Assembly (NCBI GenBank): GCA_038529225.1 | Contig: JBCBDZ010000001.1 | Span: 31,496-95,495, forward strand | Direction of reading: 5' to 3' | Source of the DNA: Pseudomonadota bacterium | Lineage (GTDB): Bacteria > Pseudomonadota > Alphaproteobacteria > Rhodobacterales > Rhodobacteraceae | DNA length: 64,000 nt | Shown here: positions 20,427 to 29,290 of the stretch, in pieces | Numbering within the stretch: the first letter of the stretch is position 1 | Layout of the letters: the number at the start of each line of letters is the position of its first letter | Made by a program: the position numbers and the translations under genes | The notes under the pieces: model-generated | Database searches by the model: none | The model's input: the letters and a program-made list of their open reading frames with translations, nothing else | What the model was told of the DNA's origin: nothing

Positions 20427-21233
20427 TTAGGTGAGCGAAATAGACCGATCTGCCATGCGGGTGATGCTGCGCTGATAGATGTTCTCCAGCTCGGCCGCAT
20501 TCGTAAACCCTGTGGACAGCATCAGCTCGGCACATCTGAAGTCATTGTTGAAGATCGTGCCATAGTGCACACCCCCCAGAGCCTGGGGCAAAGCCGCAAT
20601 CGCCCCGCGCGGCTCACTCAGAGAGGTCACGAGCGATCCTGCCTGGTCCCCCCGGAAATAGACGCAATCGCCCGCCGCGTTCAAGGACACGCCGATGAAC
20701 ACGTAATCCGTGGGCATGGCACCATCCACCACCGGTGCGCTGCCACCGTTGCGCGCGATGGTCAGATCATCGTTCGACACGGTAAAGACCGTCCAGCCCG
20801 GCGCGCCGCCTTGCGGCCCGAGCGTGCCGCCCACAATGCTGGCCGCGGACGTGCGTTGCACAACTGCGCAAAAGGTAAAGTCAGCCGTTTCCACAATATC
20901 CGACAGATAGCCACGGCCGAGCCCCTGAATACGCACGGCGTTGCTCTCGAAGGTCGATCCGGCCCCGGCCGGTCCAGCGGTCAGGGACGCGCCGGTCTTG
21001 AGATCACCGAGCGATGCGGCGTCCGACCCAAAGAGCCAATGCGCATCCATGGCATCTTCGGCGACCGGCGCTGTCGGTGTCGAGGCGATCACCAGCGGCG
21101 TTGGCGCGGCCTCCGACAGGGCACTTACCGTGTAGGTGCCATCGGGCAAGAGCCCGGCCACATCGAAGGGCGGTGTGCCGACAAGCTCAAAGGTCTCGCC
21201 CGACGCTGTGTTTTCGAAATGGAACCGTGCCAT
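20427..21233 (-). CDS. LamG/concanavalin-like beta-sandwich protein (268 aa)
   Basis: AHWLFG...FTFCAVV...VFIGVS...ELMLSTGFTNAAELENIY pattern resembles LamG-like jellyrolls. Starts 1 bp after the upstream stop. Confidence 0.5.
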   Translation of the reverse strand: MARFHFENTASGETFELVGTPPFDVAGLLPDGTYTVSALSEAAPTPLVIASTPTAPVAEDAMDAHWLFGSDAASLGDLKTGASLTAGPAGAGSTFESNAVRIQGLGRGYLSDIVETADFTFCAVVQRTSAASIVGGTLGPQGGAPGWTVFTVSNDDLTIARNGGSAPVVDGAMPTDYVFIGVSLNAAGDCVYFRGDQAGSLVTSLSEPRGAIAALPQALGGVHYGTIFNNDFRCAELMLSTGFTNAAELENIYQRSITRMADRSISLT

Positions 21234-21234
21234 G

Positions 21235-22560
21235 CTAGTTTCCTTCCAGAACAAGTGTGCCGTCCACGTCCGGCACTGCGGGTGTTACGGTGGATTGAAT
21301 GACCGTTCCCTCGATGTGCCACTCGCCGCCGGCGCCCGCTGCAGCCCCTGCTTTCAACATGTCCAGGGCCGCAAGGTAGCGCGCCCCCAATATGCGCAGG
21401 GATGCTGCATCAAAATGGATGCCATCGGCCTGCGGCACCAGACCGCTGCTGTCGACAAAGGCGGTGCCGCCGACCCTGGCTGGCGTGTTGCTCAGCGCGG
21501 CCTGTACCGTCTGACGATTGGCGTCACCGGCCACCCAGGCCGGGACCATGCCACCCACCACAAACGGTGTTGTTGCACTTGCCGCGGTCACGTCGGCGCG
21601 GATATCGGCGATCATCTGGTCGAGGCGGCCCGCATAGGCATCGGCATCCGCGGCAGAGCCCGCATCACTTTCGCCCTGATGCCAGAGGAACCCGCAGAAC
21701 TCGTAATCCGGGTTGGCCGCGAACAGCGTGTTCAGGCGCGAGACCGCGCTGTTGTAATAGGAATTGCCCCGGTTCCAGTGATTGCCGGCAAAGCCGGTAG
21801 AGCTTCTGGCATCCGGCACAAGAAGGACGCGCTCATGCGGGTTGGCCGCCATGTGATCGATGGCGAATTGCAGCGCCAGACCCATGAAACCCGCGGACCC
21901 GTCGTGGTGATCCAACAGGGTCTGCGCGGGAACGATCTCATCATTCGTGCCGCCCGAGGCACGCCCGGTGCGGGCGACCTGGAATACCTGATCGGGATAA
22001 GGCGCGGCCCCGTCAAAGGGGGTGAACCCCACCATGTTCGACTGCCCGATCAGGCTGAAGACGAGGGTGCGGCGGACAATCGGTACCGGTGCCGAGACCT
22101 GCACCTGCGCGGTCTGCCCGATCTGCATCGCGACCTCGCGCACATGCAGCACGGTGTCGAGATCGGCCGCCTGAATGTCATAGGTTGTCTCCGTGGCGCC
22201 GGCGATGTCCACATCGTCGCGGACCCATTGGCCCAGAACCACAATGGCGCCCCGCGCCGCATCATAGGCCCAGAGCCCCGGCATGTACTGCATCGTCTGC
22301 CCCACGTCGGCGGCGGCACTCAGGGCAGGGGGAACAAGGTTCACCGGACCGGCGGCCAGATCGGCCTGGGACATAAGATATGTCCCCGCGTAGACCGCAG
22401 GCGCGGTCACGATGATCTCGACCGGGTCGACTCCGCTGACAATCTCGATCTGGTTGTTTGCGGTGGTCACAACAGTGGTTTCAGCGGGCGGGGGCAGGGG
22501 CGGCGCGCCCACCACATCACCGACCAGCCCAACGCCGAGGGCCAGAGAAATGGACAGCAT
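21235..22560 (-). CDS. GTA head-fibre-like protein with Ig-like domain and SASA (DUF303) sialate O-acetylesterase domain
   Basis: N-terminal MLSISLALGVGL peptide, Pro linker, Ig-like repeat (VGQT...QWVRD..DIAGATETTY...AAD), and SASA motifs GQSNM, WHQGESD and DGIHF. TGATG coupling to the spike-base gene. Confidence 0.8.
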   Translation of the reverse strand: MLSISLALGVGLVGDVVGAPPLPPPAETTVVTTANNQIEIVSGVDPVEIIVTAPAVYAGTYLMSQADLAAGPVNLVPPALSAAADVGQTMQYMPGLWAYDAARGAIVVLGQWVRDDVDIAGATETTYDIQAADLDTVLHVREVAMQIGQTAQVQVSAPVPIVRRTLVFSLIGQSNMVGFTPFDGAAPYPDQVFQVARTGRASGGTNDEIVPAQTLLDHHDGSAGFMGLALQFAIDHMAANPHERVLLVPDARSSTGFAGNHWNRGNSYYNSAVSRLNTLFAANPDYEFCGFLWHQGESDAGSAADADAYAGRLDQMIADIRADVTAASATTPFVVGGMVPAWVAGDANRQTVQAALSNTPARVGGTAFVDSSGLVPQADGIHFDAASLRILGARYLAALDMLKAGAAAGAGGEWHIEGTVIQSTVTPAVPDVDGTLVLEGN

Positions 22561-22820
22561 CAGTACAGTGCCACGATGCTGGTGGCCGTTGTGCCGGTGC
22601 TCCAGACGCGCTGCGCGCGCACGGGAAACGCGCTGCCTGCACCGACAAAGAGCGTTTCGGTGTCGCCTGCGACGGTGGTCACGCGAACAAATCCGCTTTG
22701 TCCGACATTCAGGGCCCGACTGGCCGAGGCAAGATCGTCTGTGTCACTGGGCGTGACAGCGGCCAGATGAGATGCCGGGCTTTCAAGGCCGGGTGTGTAC
22801 TGCTGAAACGTATCGGCCAC
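22560..22820 (-). CDS. GTA head-spike base protein, RCAP_rcc01079 (GhsA) family, 86 aa
   Basis: GTG start with GAGGAG RBS. MADTFQQYTPGLESPA...VTPSDTDDL...RAL...FPVRAQRVWSTGTTAT matches the recalled Rcc01079 motifs (LESPA, TPSD, RAL, PVR..RV..TGTTAT). Confidence 0.85.
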   Translation of the reverse strand: MADTFQQYTPGLESPASHLAAVTPSDTDDLASASRALNVGQSGFVRVTTVAGDTETLFVGAGSAFPVRAQRVWSTGTTATSIVALY

Positions 22821-23056
22821 TGTAACATCTCCTCGAATGAAAGGCCCCGATGCGGGGACGGGCGAGTGCGAAGATGTGTTAAATTGGTTAACGGTCTCTT
22901 CGTGATGCGCACGGTGCGCCGCCTTCGGGGCTGCGTCATGGCGCAAGACATTGTTTTGCCAAAAGCATCTGTAGTAATGAAGCGGCAATACGACGGATGC
23001 ATCATCAGACCGCAGACAACGCGGGTCGTCTTTCGGCAGACGTAAAGGTCACAGGC

Positions 23057-24532
23057 ATGGTTCCGACAATTGCGATTTTCAGCTGGCCGATCGTCGTTAT
23101 CGTTCTGTTCCGGAAGTATTCCCAGCATCTTGCCGTCGCGGTCAGCATCGTAGCGGCCTACCTGCTGTTGCCGGTGGAGGGGGGCATTGATCTGCCCCTG
23201 CTGCCCCCCATCAACAAGAACACGGTGGTCGTGATCGCCATCCTGTTGGTGCTGCTGAGCCTCGACAAGCGCACCAGAACCACCCAGGCGCTGCCGGGAT
23301 GGCTGCCAAAGCCGCTGTTGCTGCGCATCCTGATCCTGGGGGCCGTGGGCGGTGCGATGATGACCGTGGTCATGAACGGGGATCGTGTCTTTTACGGCAA
23401 CCGCGTCCTGCCGGCCTTGCGGCTCTATGATGCGTTTTCGGCCATGCTTGGGGCCGCGCTCATGCTGCTTCCGATGCTGCTCGCGCGCAAATATCTGGCC
23501 CGGCCCGAACATCATGTCCTGCTGCTGACCGTGCTGTGCATCGCCGGGCTCTGCTATTCGCTGCTTGCGGCTTACGAGCTGCGCATGTCGCCCCAGCTGA
23601 ACCGTATGATTTATGGATTTTTTCCGCATTCCTGGGCCCAGCACGTGCGCGGCGGCGGATACCGCCCCCTCGTGTTTCTGTCGCATGGCCTGCAATTGGC
23701 CATCTTCTTCACGGGGGCTGTCATTGCGACCTGCTGCCTGATGCGCATCCATGTCGAAAAGAAACGCATGCTTTATATCTTTGCGATCATCTGGCTTTTG
23801 GCGATCCAGGTGATGAGCAAGTCCTTTGGTGCGCTGGCGATCACAGTCGTGCTTGCGCCCCTCGTTGTCTTCCTGTCCGTCCGCATGCAGCTGATCGTCG
23901 CGGCATGCCTTGCCATTCTGGTGGTGTCCTATCCGCTGAGCCGCGGGGCAGGGGTGATGCCCGTGGATGATGTCAAGAATTTCATCGCCCGGATCGACCC
24001 ACAGCGCGCCGCCTCTCTGGGCGTGCGGCTGGAACATGAAGAGGCTCTGCTCGAGAAGGCCTCCGTGCGCCCCGTCTTTGGCTGGGGCGGCTGGGGCCGG
24101 TCGCGAATCTATGATGAAAACGGCCGGGATGTCACGATCGCCGACGGCTATTGGGCCATCGCCATCGGCGTGGGGGGCTGGGTGAAATACCTGTCGGAGT
24201 TCCTGATGATGGGGGGGGCGGTGGTTTTGCTGGCGCTCCGGCAACGGATCTACAATGTGGGGCCCGAAACCGCCGCCCTGGCGCTGATCACCGCCGGCTG
24301 GATGGTGGATCTCTTGCCCAACAGCGCTCTTACACCGCTTCTCTGGCTTGTGGCGGGCGCGCTCTGGGGCAGGTTCGAGCTGGGCCGGATCACTGACACG
24401 GCCGAAGCACAGGACACACCGGAACAGACCCGCACCGTCCGTTATCGTCGCCGGCCACAAAATCGCCCGACCCGCGGCGGACCTACGACATATGCAAGGG
24501 CCAAGTCGCCCCAGAGCACCCCCACCCCCTGA
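23057..24532 (+). CDS. Wzy-like polysaccharide polymerase / O-antigen ligase family membrane protein
   Basis: About 11 TM segments, YELRMSPQL, R.GGYRPLVFLSHGL and RPVFGWGGWGR motifs. Confidence 0.7.
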   Translation: MVPTIAIFSWPIVVIVLFRKYSQHLAVAVSIVAAYLLLPVEGGIDLPLLPPINKNTVVVIAILLVLLSLDKRTRTTQALPGWLPKPLLLRILILGAVGGAMMTVVMNGDRVFYGNRVLPALRLYDAFSAMLGAALMLLPMLLARKYLARPEHHVLLLTVLCIAGLCYSLLAAYELRMSPQLNRMIYGFFPHSWAQHVRGGGYRPLVFLSHGLQLAIFFTGAVIATCCLMRIHVEKKRMLYIFAIIWLLAIQVMSKSFGALAITVVLAPLVVFLSVRMQLIVAACLAILVVSYPLSRGAGVMPVDDVKNFIARIDPQRAASLGVRLEHEEALLEKASVRPVFGWGGWGRSRIYDENGRDVTIADGYWAIAIGVGGWVKYLSEFLMMGGAVVLLALRQRIYNVGPETAALALITAGWMVDLLPNSALTPLLWLVAGALWGRFELGRITDTAEAQDTPEQTRTVRYRRRPQNRPTRGGPTTYARAKSPQSTPTP

Positions 24533-24557
24533 TCCCAAGGGTCCGCAAAGACAGCCC

Positions 24558-25544
24558 ATGCCCACATCACTCTCTGTTTCGATCATCAATTATCGCACCG
24601 GCGATCTGACCATAGACTGCGTGCAGTCGGTGCTGGAGGCGGCCCGTGCCGAAGCGGCACTCGATATTCACACGATCGTCGTCGACAACGCCTCGGGCGA
24701 TGGCTCCGCCGATCAGATCGCCACATGGATCAAGGAGCAGAATGTCGGTGATCGGGTCACCCTCGTGCGCTCACCCACCAATACCGGCTTCTCCGGAGGC
24801 CACAATCAGGGCATCACCGCCCGGCCCAGCGACTTTGTGCTGGTGCTGAACTCGGATGCGGCGGTGCGCCCCGGTGCCTTTTCGGCCCTGATCCGCGCCG
24901 CTGAAAACGCCCCCGACACCGGCTTTTTCGCTCCCCGGCTCGAAGACCCCGATGGCACGCCCCAAGTCAGCTGCTTTCGCGCCCATTCCCCCCTGTCGGA
25001 GGTGATCCGCACCGCGGTCACAGGCGCTGTCACCCGGGTTCTGAGGCGCTATGAGGTCGCTCTGGGCGTCAATCCACCCCCAAAACACATCGAATGGATG
25101 AGCTTTGCCTGCATCCTGTTGCGCCGCGAGATGATCGACGCCATTGGACCCATGGATGAGGGTTATTTCCTCTATTTCGAAGACGCCGAATATGCCTTGC
25201 GGGGTCGTCGTGCGGGCTGGGGCTGCGCCTTTGTGCCCGAAGCGCGCGTCATCCACTATCGCGGTGGCAGTGGACCGGTCAAAGCGCTGCAGAAGGCCAA
25301 AAAACGCCTGCCGCGCTATTACTACTGCGCCCGAAGCCGCTTTTTTCACCAGCAATACGGGCAGGCCGGACTGCTAGCGGCCAATCTGTGCTGGCATCTG
25401 GGCCGTGGCATCGCACAGCTGCGCCGGCTTGCCGGGCGCGCACCGGTGCCGATGGCCGCCCATGAGGCCCGCGATATCTGGACCAACTTTGCCAACCCCC
25501 TTGGTCCGCGCGGGGCCCCCGGAGAAGACCATGGCAGGCCCTGA
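24558..25544 (+). CDS. Glycosyltransferase family 2
   Basis: SIINYRT, VVDNASGDGS, NTGFSGGHN, LNSDA and YFLYFEDAE. Confidence 0.9.
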   Translation: MPTSLSVSIINYRTGDLTIDCVQSVLEAARAEAALDIHTIVVDNASGDGSADQIATWIKEQNVGDRVTLVRSPTNTGFSGGHNQGITARPSDFVLVLNSDAAVRPGAFSALIRAAENAPDTGFFAPRLEDPDGTPQVSCFRAHSPLSEVIRTAVTGAVTRVLRRYEVALGVNPPPKHIEWMSFACILLRREMIDAIGPMDEGYFLYFEDAEYALRGRRAGWGCAFVPEARVIHYRGGSGPVKALQKAKKRLPRYYYCARSRFFHQQYGQAGLLAANLCWHLGRGIAQLRRLAGRAPVPMAAHEARDIWTNFANPLGPRGAPGEDHGRP

Positions 25545-26376
25545 TTTCCTGATCATCGGTGCCATGAAATGCGGCACCTCGACCCTGCAGGCGCAACTGG
25601 CAGCCCAGCCGGGTATCTTCATGACCACGCCGAAAGAGCCCAATTTCTTCTCCGATGACCCGATCTATGCCAAGGGGCTGGACTGGTACGGCACGCTCTA
25701 TGACGCCGCCGGCCCCGACGATCTGAGGGGCGAGGCCAGCACACATTACACCAAGCGGCCCACCTGGCCCGATACGGTCGCAAGGCTGCAAGCCGCCGTG
25801 CCAGATCCGCGCCTGATCTACATGATCCGCAATCCCGTCGACCGCTGCGTGTCGCATTACATCCACGACTGGAGCGAGGGGCGGATCGCCCATGACCTCG
25901 ACACCGCCATCGCAAAGCTGCCCGAGATCACCGCCTACAGCCAATATGCCATGCAGATCGCACCATTTCTCGACGCCTTCGGGCCCGAGCGCATCCTGCT
26001 GACCAGCCTCGAGGCGTTCAAACGTGACGGGGCGGCGGAACTGGCCCGCATCAGCGCCTTTGTCGGCATGGCACAGCCGGCAAGATGGCAAGACACGATC
26101 GAGGCGCAGAATGTCTCGGCCCAGCGGATACGCCGGATGCCGCTGCAGGGCCTCCTGCTCGACAATCCCGTGGCCGAGACCCTGCGCCGCGCCCTGGTGC
26201 CCAAGGCCATCCGCGCCCGGATCCGCAAGGCCCGCACCATGGACACCCGGCCCACGCTGGGTGACGCCACCCGTGCCCGGCTCGAGGCGACGTTCCTCGA
26301 AGACCGCGCCGCCCTCGCCACGCTCTTTCCTGACCATCCCGCGCTGACGGATTGCTATCCCTTTGCCGCGCCATGA
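25531..26376 (+). CDS. Sulfotransferase
   Basis: PDFLIIGAMKCGTSTL PAPS-binding loop, KEPNFF, GEASTHY and RNPVDR..SHY. Confidence 0.9.
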   Translation: MAGPDFLIIGAMKCGTSTLQAQLAAQPGIFMTTPKEPNFFSDDPIYAKGLDWYGTLYDAAGPDDLRGEASTHYTKRPTWPDTVARLQAAVPDPRLIYMIRNPVDRCVSHYIHDWSEGRIAHDLDTAIAKLPEITAYSQYAMQIAPFLDAFGPERILLTSLEAFKRDGAAELARISAFVGMAQPARWQDTIEAQNVSAQRIRRMPLQGLLLDNPVAETLRRALVPKAIRARIRKARTMDTRPTLGDATRARLEATFLEDRAALATLFPDHPALTDCYPFAAP

Positions 26377-27341
26377 GTGATGCGCCCATCATAGGGGCCG
26401 TCGCCATTGGCCGGAATGAGGGGGACCGGCTGGTGGCGTGTCTTGCCGCACTCCAGGGCAGGGTGGACCCCATCGTCTATGTGGACAGCGGATCGACCGA
26501 TGACAGTGTTGCGGCCGCACGCGCCGCGGGGGCGCATGTGGTCGCGCTGGACACGTCCATCCCCTTTACCGCTGCGCGGGCGCGCAATGCCGGGCTGGCC
26601 GCCTTGCGCGCACAGGCGCCGGAGGCCGCTTATGTGCAGTTCCTCGATGGCGACTGCGTGCTGCAATCGGGCTGGATCGAGGCGGCCCGCACCTTTTTAC
26701 AAGAGCACCCGCAGGTGGCCGTCGCCTGTGGCCGGCGGCGCGAGAAATTTCCCGATCACAGCCTCTATAACAGGCTGATCGACGCGGAATGGGACACGCC
26801 CGTGGGCGACGCCAAGGCCTGCGGCGGGGACGCGCTGATGCGCATCGATGCGCTGCAGGAGGTGGGCGGCTACCGCGACAGCCTGATCGCCGGAGAAGAG
26901 CCCGAGCTGTGCGTGCGGCTGCGCGCCCGGGGCTGGACGATCCAGCGGCTCGATGCCGAGATGACCCTGCATGATGCCGATCTCACCCGGTTCGGCCAGT
27001 GGTGGCGCCGCGCCCAGCGGGGCGGGCACGCCTATGCCGAAGGGGCAGCCCTGCACGGGGCCCCGCCCGAACGCCACAAGGTGCGCGAGACGCGCAGCGC
27101 GCTGTTTTGGGGGGCGGGCCTGCCGATACTGACGCTTCTGGGGGCGCTGCTGGTCAGCCCCTGGGCGCTGGCGTTGCTGCTGGCCTATCCGGCGCAGATG
27201 CTGCGGCTGCGGGGCAAAGGGGCACCTTGGGCGCAAGCGGTCTTTATCGTTCTGGCCAAGCTGCCGGAGGCACAAGGTGCGCTGCAATACTGGGTCAAGC
27301 GCCTGCGCGGTGCTGAAAGCACGCTGATCGAATACAAGTAA
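26373..27341 (+). CDS. Glycosyltransferase family 2
   Basis: IGRNEG, YVDSGSTDDS, FTAARARNAG, QFLDGDC and IAGEEPELC. Confidence 0.9.
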   Translation: MSDAPIIGAVAIGRNEGDRLVACLAALQGRVDPIVYVDSGSTDDSVAAARAAGAHVVALDTSIPFTAARARNAGLAALRAQAPEAAYVQFLDGDCVLQSGWIEAARTFLQEHPQVAVACGRRREKFPDHSLYNRLIDAEWDTPVGDAKACGGDALMRIDALQEVGGYRDSLIAGEEPELCVRLRARGWTIQRLDAEMTLHDADLTRFGQWWRRAQRGGHAYAEGAALHGAPPERHKVRETRSALFWGAGLPILTLLGALLVSPWALALLLAYPAQMLRLRGKGAPWAQAVFIVLAKLPEAQGALQYWVKRLRGAESTLIEYK

Positions 27342-27353
27342 GCCCTGACGCGG

Positions 27354-28898
27354 TCAGTTCAGATCATATACTTCCAGTTGCAGCCGCCCCGCCGTCACGC
27401 TGCGGTGCGGCGTGCGCCCCCCGATGACCGTGGCCAGCGCGGGCGCCACGTCATCTTCGGGATCTGGCTGACGAGTGGACGCAGACTGCGCATTGCGCAC
27501 CACGAAAAGAGCGCCAGTTTGCGGCAATGCGATCTGGCCGGCCTCTGCCAGCGGCACGAATGTCGACCGTAACGCCGCATCAATCACGTTGCGATTGTGG
27601 TCGCGGCTGATGAACCCGTAAGCCGCCCCTTCGAACGCCTGCGGCGCATGCCAGCGAAAGGCCGGCTCCAACATCTGGTAGCCCAGAACCAGCGTGTCGG
27701 TCGCTGGATCGAACGCCTGCATCTCGGCGGCCAGCACGCGTTCTGGCGTACGTTCCGGGGCAGGGGGCAGAAATGTCTGGAACGCCACGAGCTGGGAGAC
27801 CACCAGAAACGCCACCCCGCCCCAGCGTAGCACCGGGCGCATTGACATCAGCCCCGCCGCCAGCACCAGCACTGACACGATGCTGCCCCAGGCAATCACG
27901 CGCGCCATGTAAAGCGGTTTGAAAAAGCTGACCCCCAGTACCAGAAGCGGCAGGCCGATCACCATGCAGCCCATCAGCCAGGCGATATGCGGGCGGTGCC
28001 TGAGCGACCACAGCCCCCAGAGGATCATGAGCGCGACAACGGGCTTGGCCCATTTGGGGTAGGGGTAGGCTGCTGCGGTCTGGCTGTAGATATAGCTGAC
28101 CGACGGCTCGGGCACCCAGAAACTGCCTCCGACAGTGCCGGTGGCATGCACCACAAACGGATAAAGTGCGGGCATAATCAACAGGATATAGAGAGCCAAG
28201 GCCGCAAGGGCCTGCCACAGGAACCGCAACGGCAAAATGCCGAGACCGACACAGATCAGGACCCACAGCCCAAAGAGCGTCATCACGAAAATCCCCAGCG
28301 CCTGCGCATAGAAGGCAAGGGCAAGGGCGGCGGCAAACCCGGCCCACAGCCAGGGGTCGGCAGGCCCCGTTTCCGCGCTATCCTGTGATAGCGGCCCCTG
28401 CATCCGGCGGCGGGCCCGGCTTGCCAGCACCACCGCACACCACAAGGCCACTGCCATGGCCAGATTGGCCAGGCAATACATCCGCACCTCGCGCCCCTGA
28501 TAGATGAACATCGGGGCCGAGATCAGGAGGATCACCGCAATCAGCGCCATCGGCCCCGGCGCAATCCGCCGCGCGATCAGGTAGAACAACGGCACGATCA
28601 GGAGGCTCAGGGCAATGGGCAGGCTGCGCACCGCCACGATGCTTTCGCCAAAGACGCCGTTCCACAGTTTCTGCAGACCGTAATAGACCGGGCGGTGCGT
28701 GTCGGTGCCCCAGTGTTCGACCATCAGCTCGTACCAGCCGGCACGGGTGAACATCAGCGTGACATGTTCGTCCCACCAGTAATCCTGCCAACCCAGCCGG
28801 ACCGACAAAAGGGCGGCCCCGACCCCCATCATCGCTACGATGACCCAGCCGTCGGTGCGCGTCAGCGGCACAGCTTTTGGAGAGGCAGAACGGACCAT
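27354..28898 (-). CDS. GT-C fold membrane glycosyltransferase (GT39/ArnT-like)
   Basis: WWDEHVT...DTHRPVYY first-loop motif, REVRMY, multiple TM segments. Probable start at MVRSAS. Confidence 0.7.
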   Translation of the reverse strand: MVRSASPKAVPLTRTDGWVIVAMMGVGAALLSVRLGWQDYWWDEHVTLMFTRAGWYELMVEHWGTDTHRPVYYGLQKLWNGVFGESIVAVRSLPIALSLLIVPLFYLIARRIAPGPMALIAVILLISAPMFIYQGREVRMYCLANLAMAVALWCAVVLASRARRRMQGPLSQDSAETGPADPWLWAGFAAALALAFYAQALGIFVMTLFGLWVLICVGLGILPLRFLWQALAALALYILLIMPALYPFVVHATGTVGGSFWVPEPSVSYIYSQTAAAYPYPKWAKPVVALMILWGLWSLRHRPHIAWLMGCMVIGLPLLVLGVSFFKPLYMARVIAWGSIVSVLVLAAGLMSMRPVLRWGGVAFLVVSQLVAFQTFLPPAPERTPERVLAAEMQAFDPATDTLVLGYQMLEPAFRWHAPQAFEGAAYGFISRDHNRNVIDAALRSTFVPLAEAGQIALPQTGALFVVRNAQSASTRQPDPEDDVAPALATVIGGRTPHRSVTAGRLQLEVYDLN

Positions 28899-29209
28899 CG
28901 CGACATCCCTGGCGTTACCTGCCAGAACGGACCCCGGCCTGGCGCAGACACATACGAACCTTGCCGCCCCGCGTCTACGCGTCAATGCGCCCTTTTACAG
29001 CCCACAGGCAGGCGAGAAATCGCACAAATACGGCGAAAATCAGATGGGATATTGCTACCATAGATGGAATCTTAATCTGTCCGAATCAGTATGCAGCGAA
29101 ATGCACCAGCTGTTTCCGAACCGCGCATAAAACAGGTCAATTTCCATCTACAATTGCACACTGCGGCTGCGAGAAGGCCAAAATCTGACGGAATAGCGGC
29201 TGAAAATGG

Positions 29210-29225
29210 TTATCAAGAGTTTAAC
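29210..29225 (+). promoter_or_regulatory. Possible CtrA box (one mismatch)
   Basis: TTAT-CAAGAGT-TTAAC, about 65 bp upstream of the VPLPA-CTERM gene. Confidence 0.35.
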
Positions 29226-29290
29226 GGCCCCCCGATCTCTTGTAATGTAAGGTCAGTAGTTCGGTTCGTACGGATACAACAAAGGTTATC

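Noticed and set aside
21235-22560. N-terminus MLSISLALGVGLVG read as a Sec signal peptide
   Set aside because: It lacks a basic n-region and a clear AxA cleavage site. It better matches the GTA head-fibre anchor peptide given its coupling to the spike-base gene.
21136-22770. 544-aa plus-strand ORF
   Set aside because: Antisense to the spike-base and SASA fibre genes, which have clear motifs, an RBS and translational coupling.
18048-22820. Interpretation as a prophage or complete GTA cluster
   Set aside because: No integrase, terminase, portal, capsid, tail-tube or lysis genes. Only receptor-binding and decoration components are present.
22709-24589. 626-aa minus-strand ORF
   Set aside because: Antisense shadow of the Wzy-like gene. 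No motifs; typical of high-GC codon bias.
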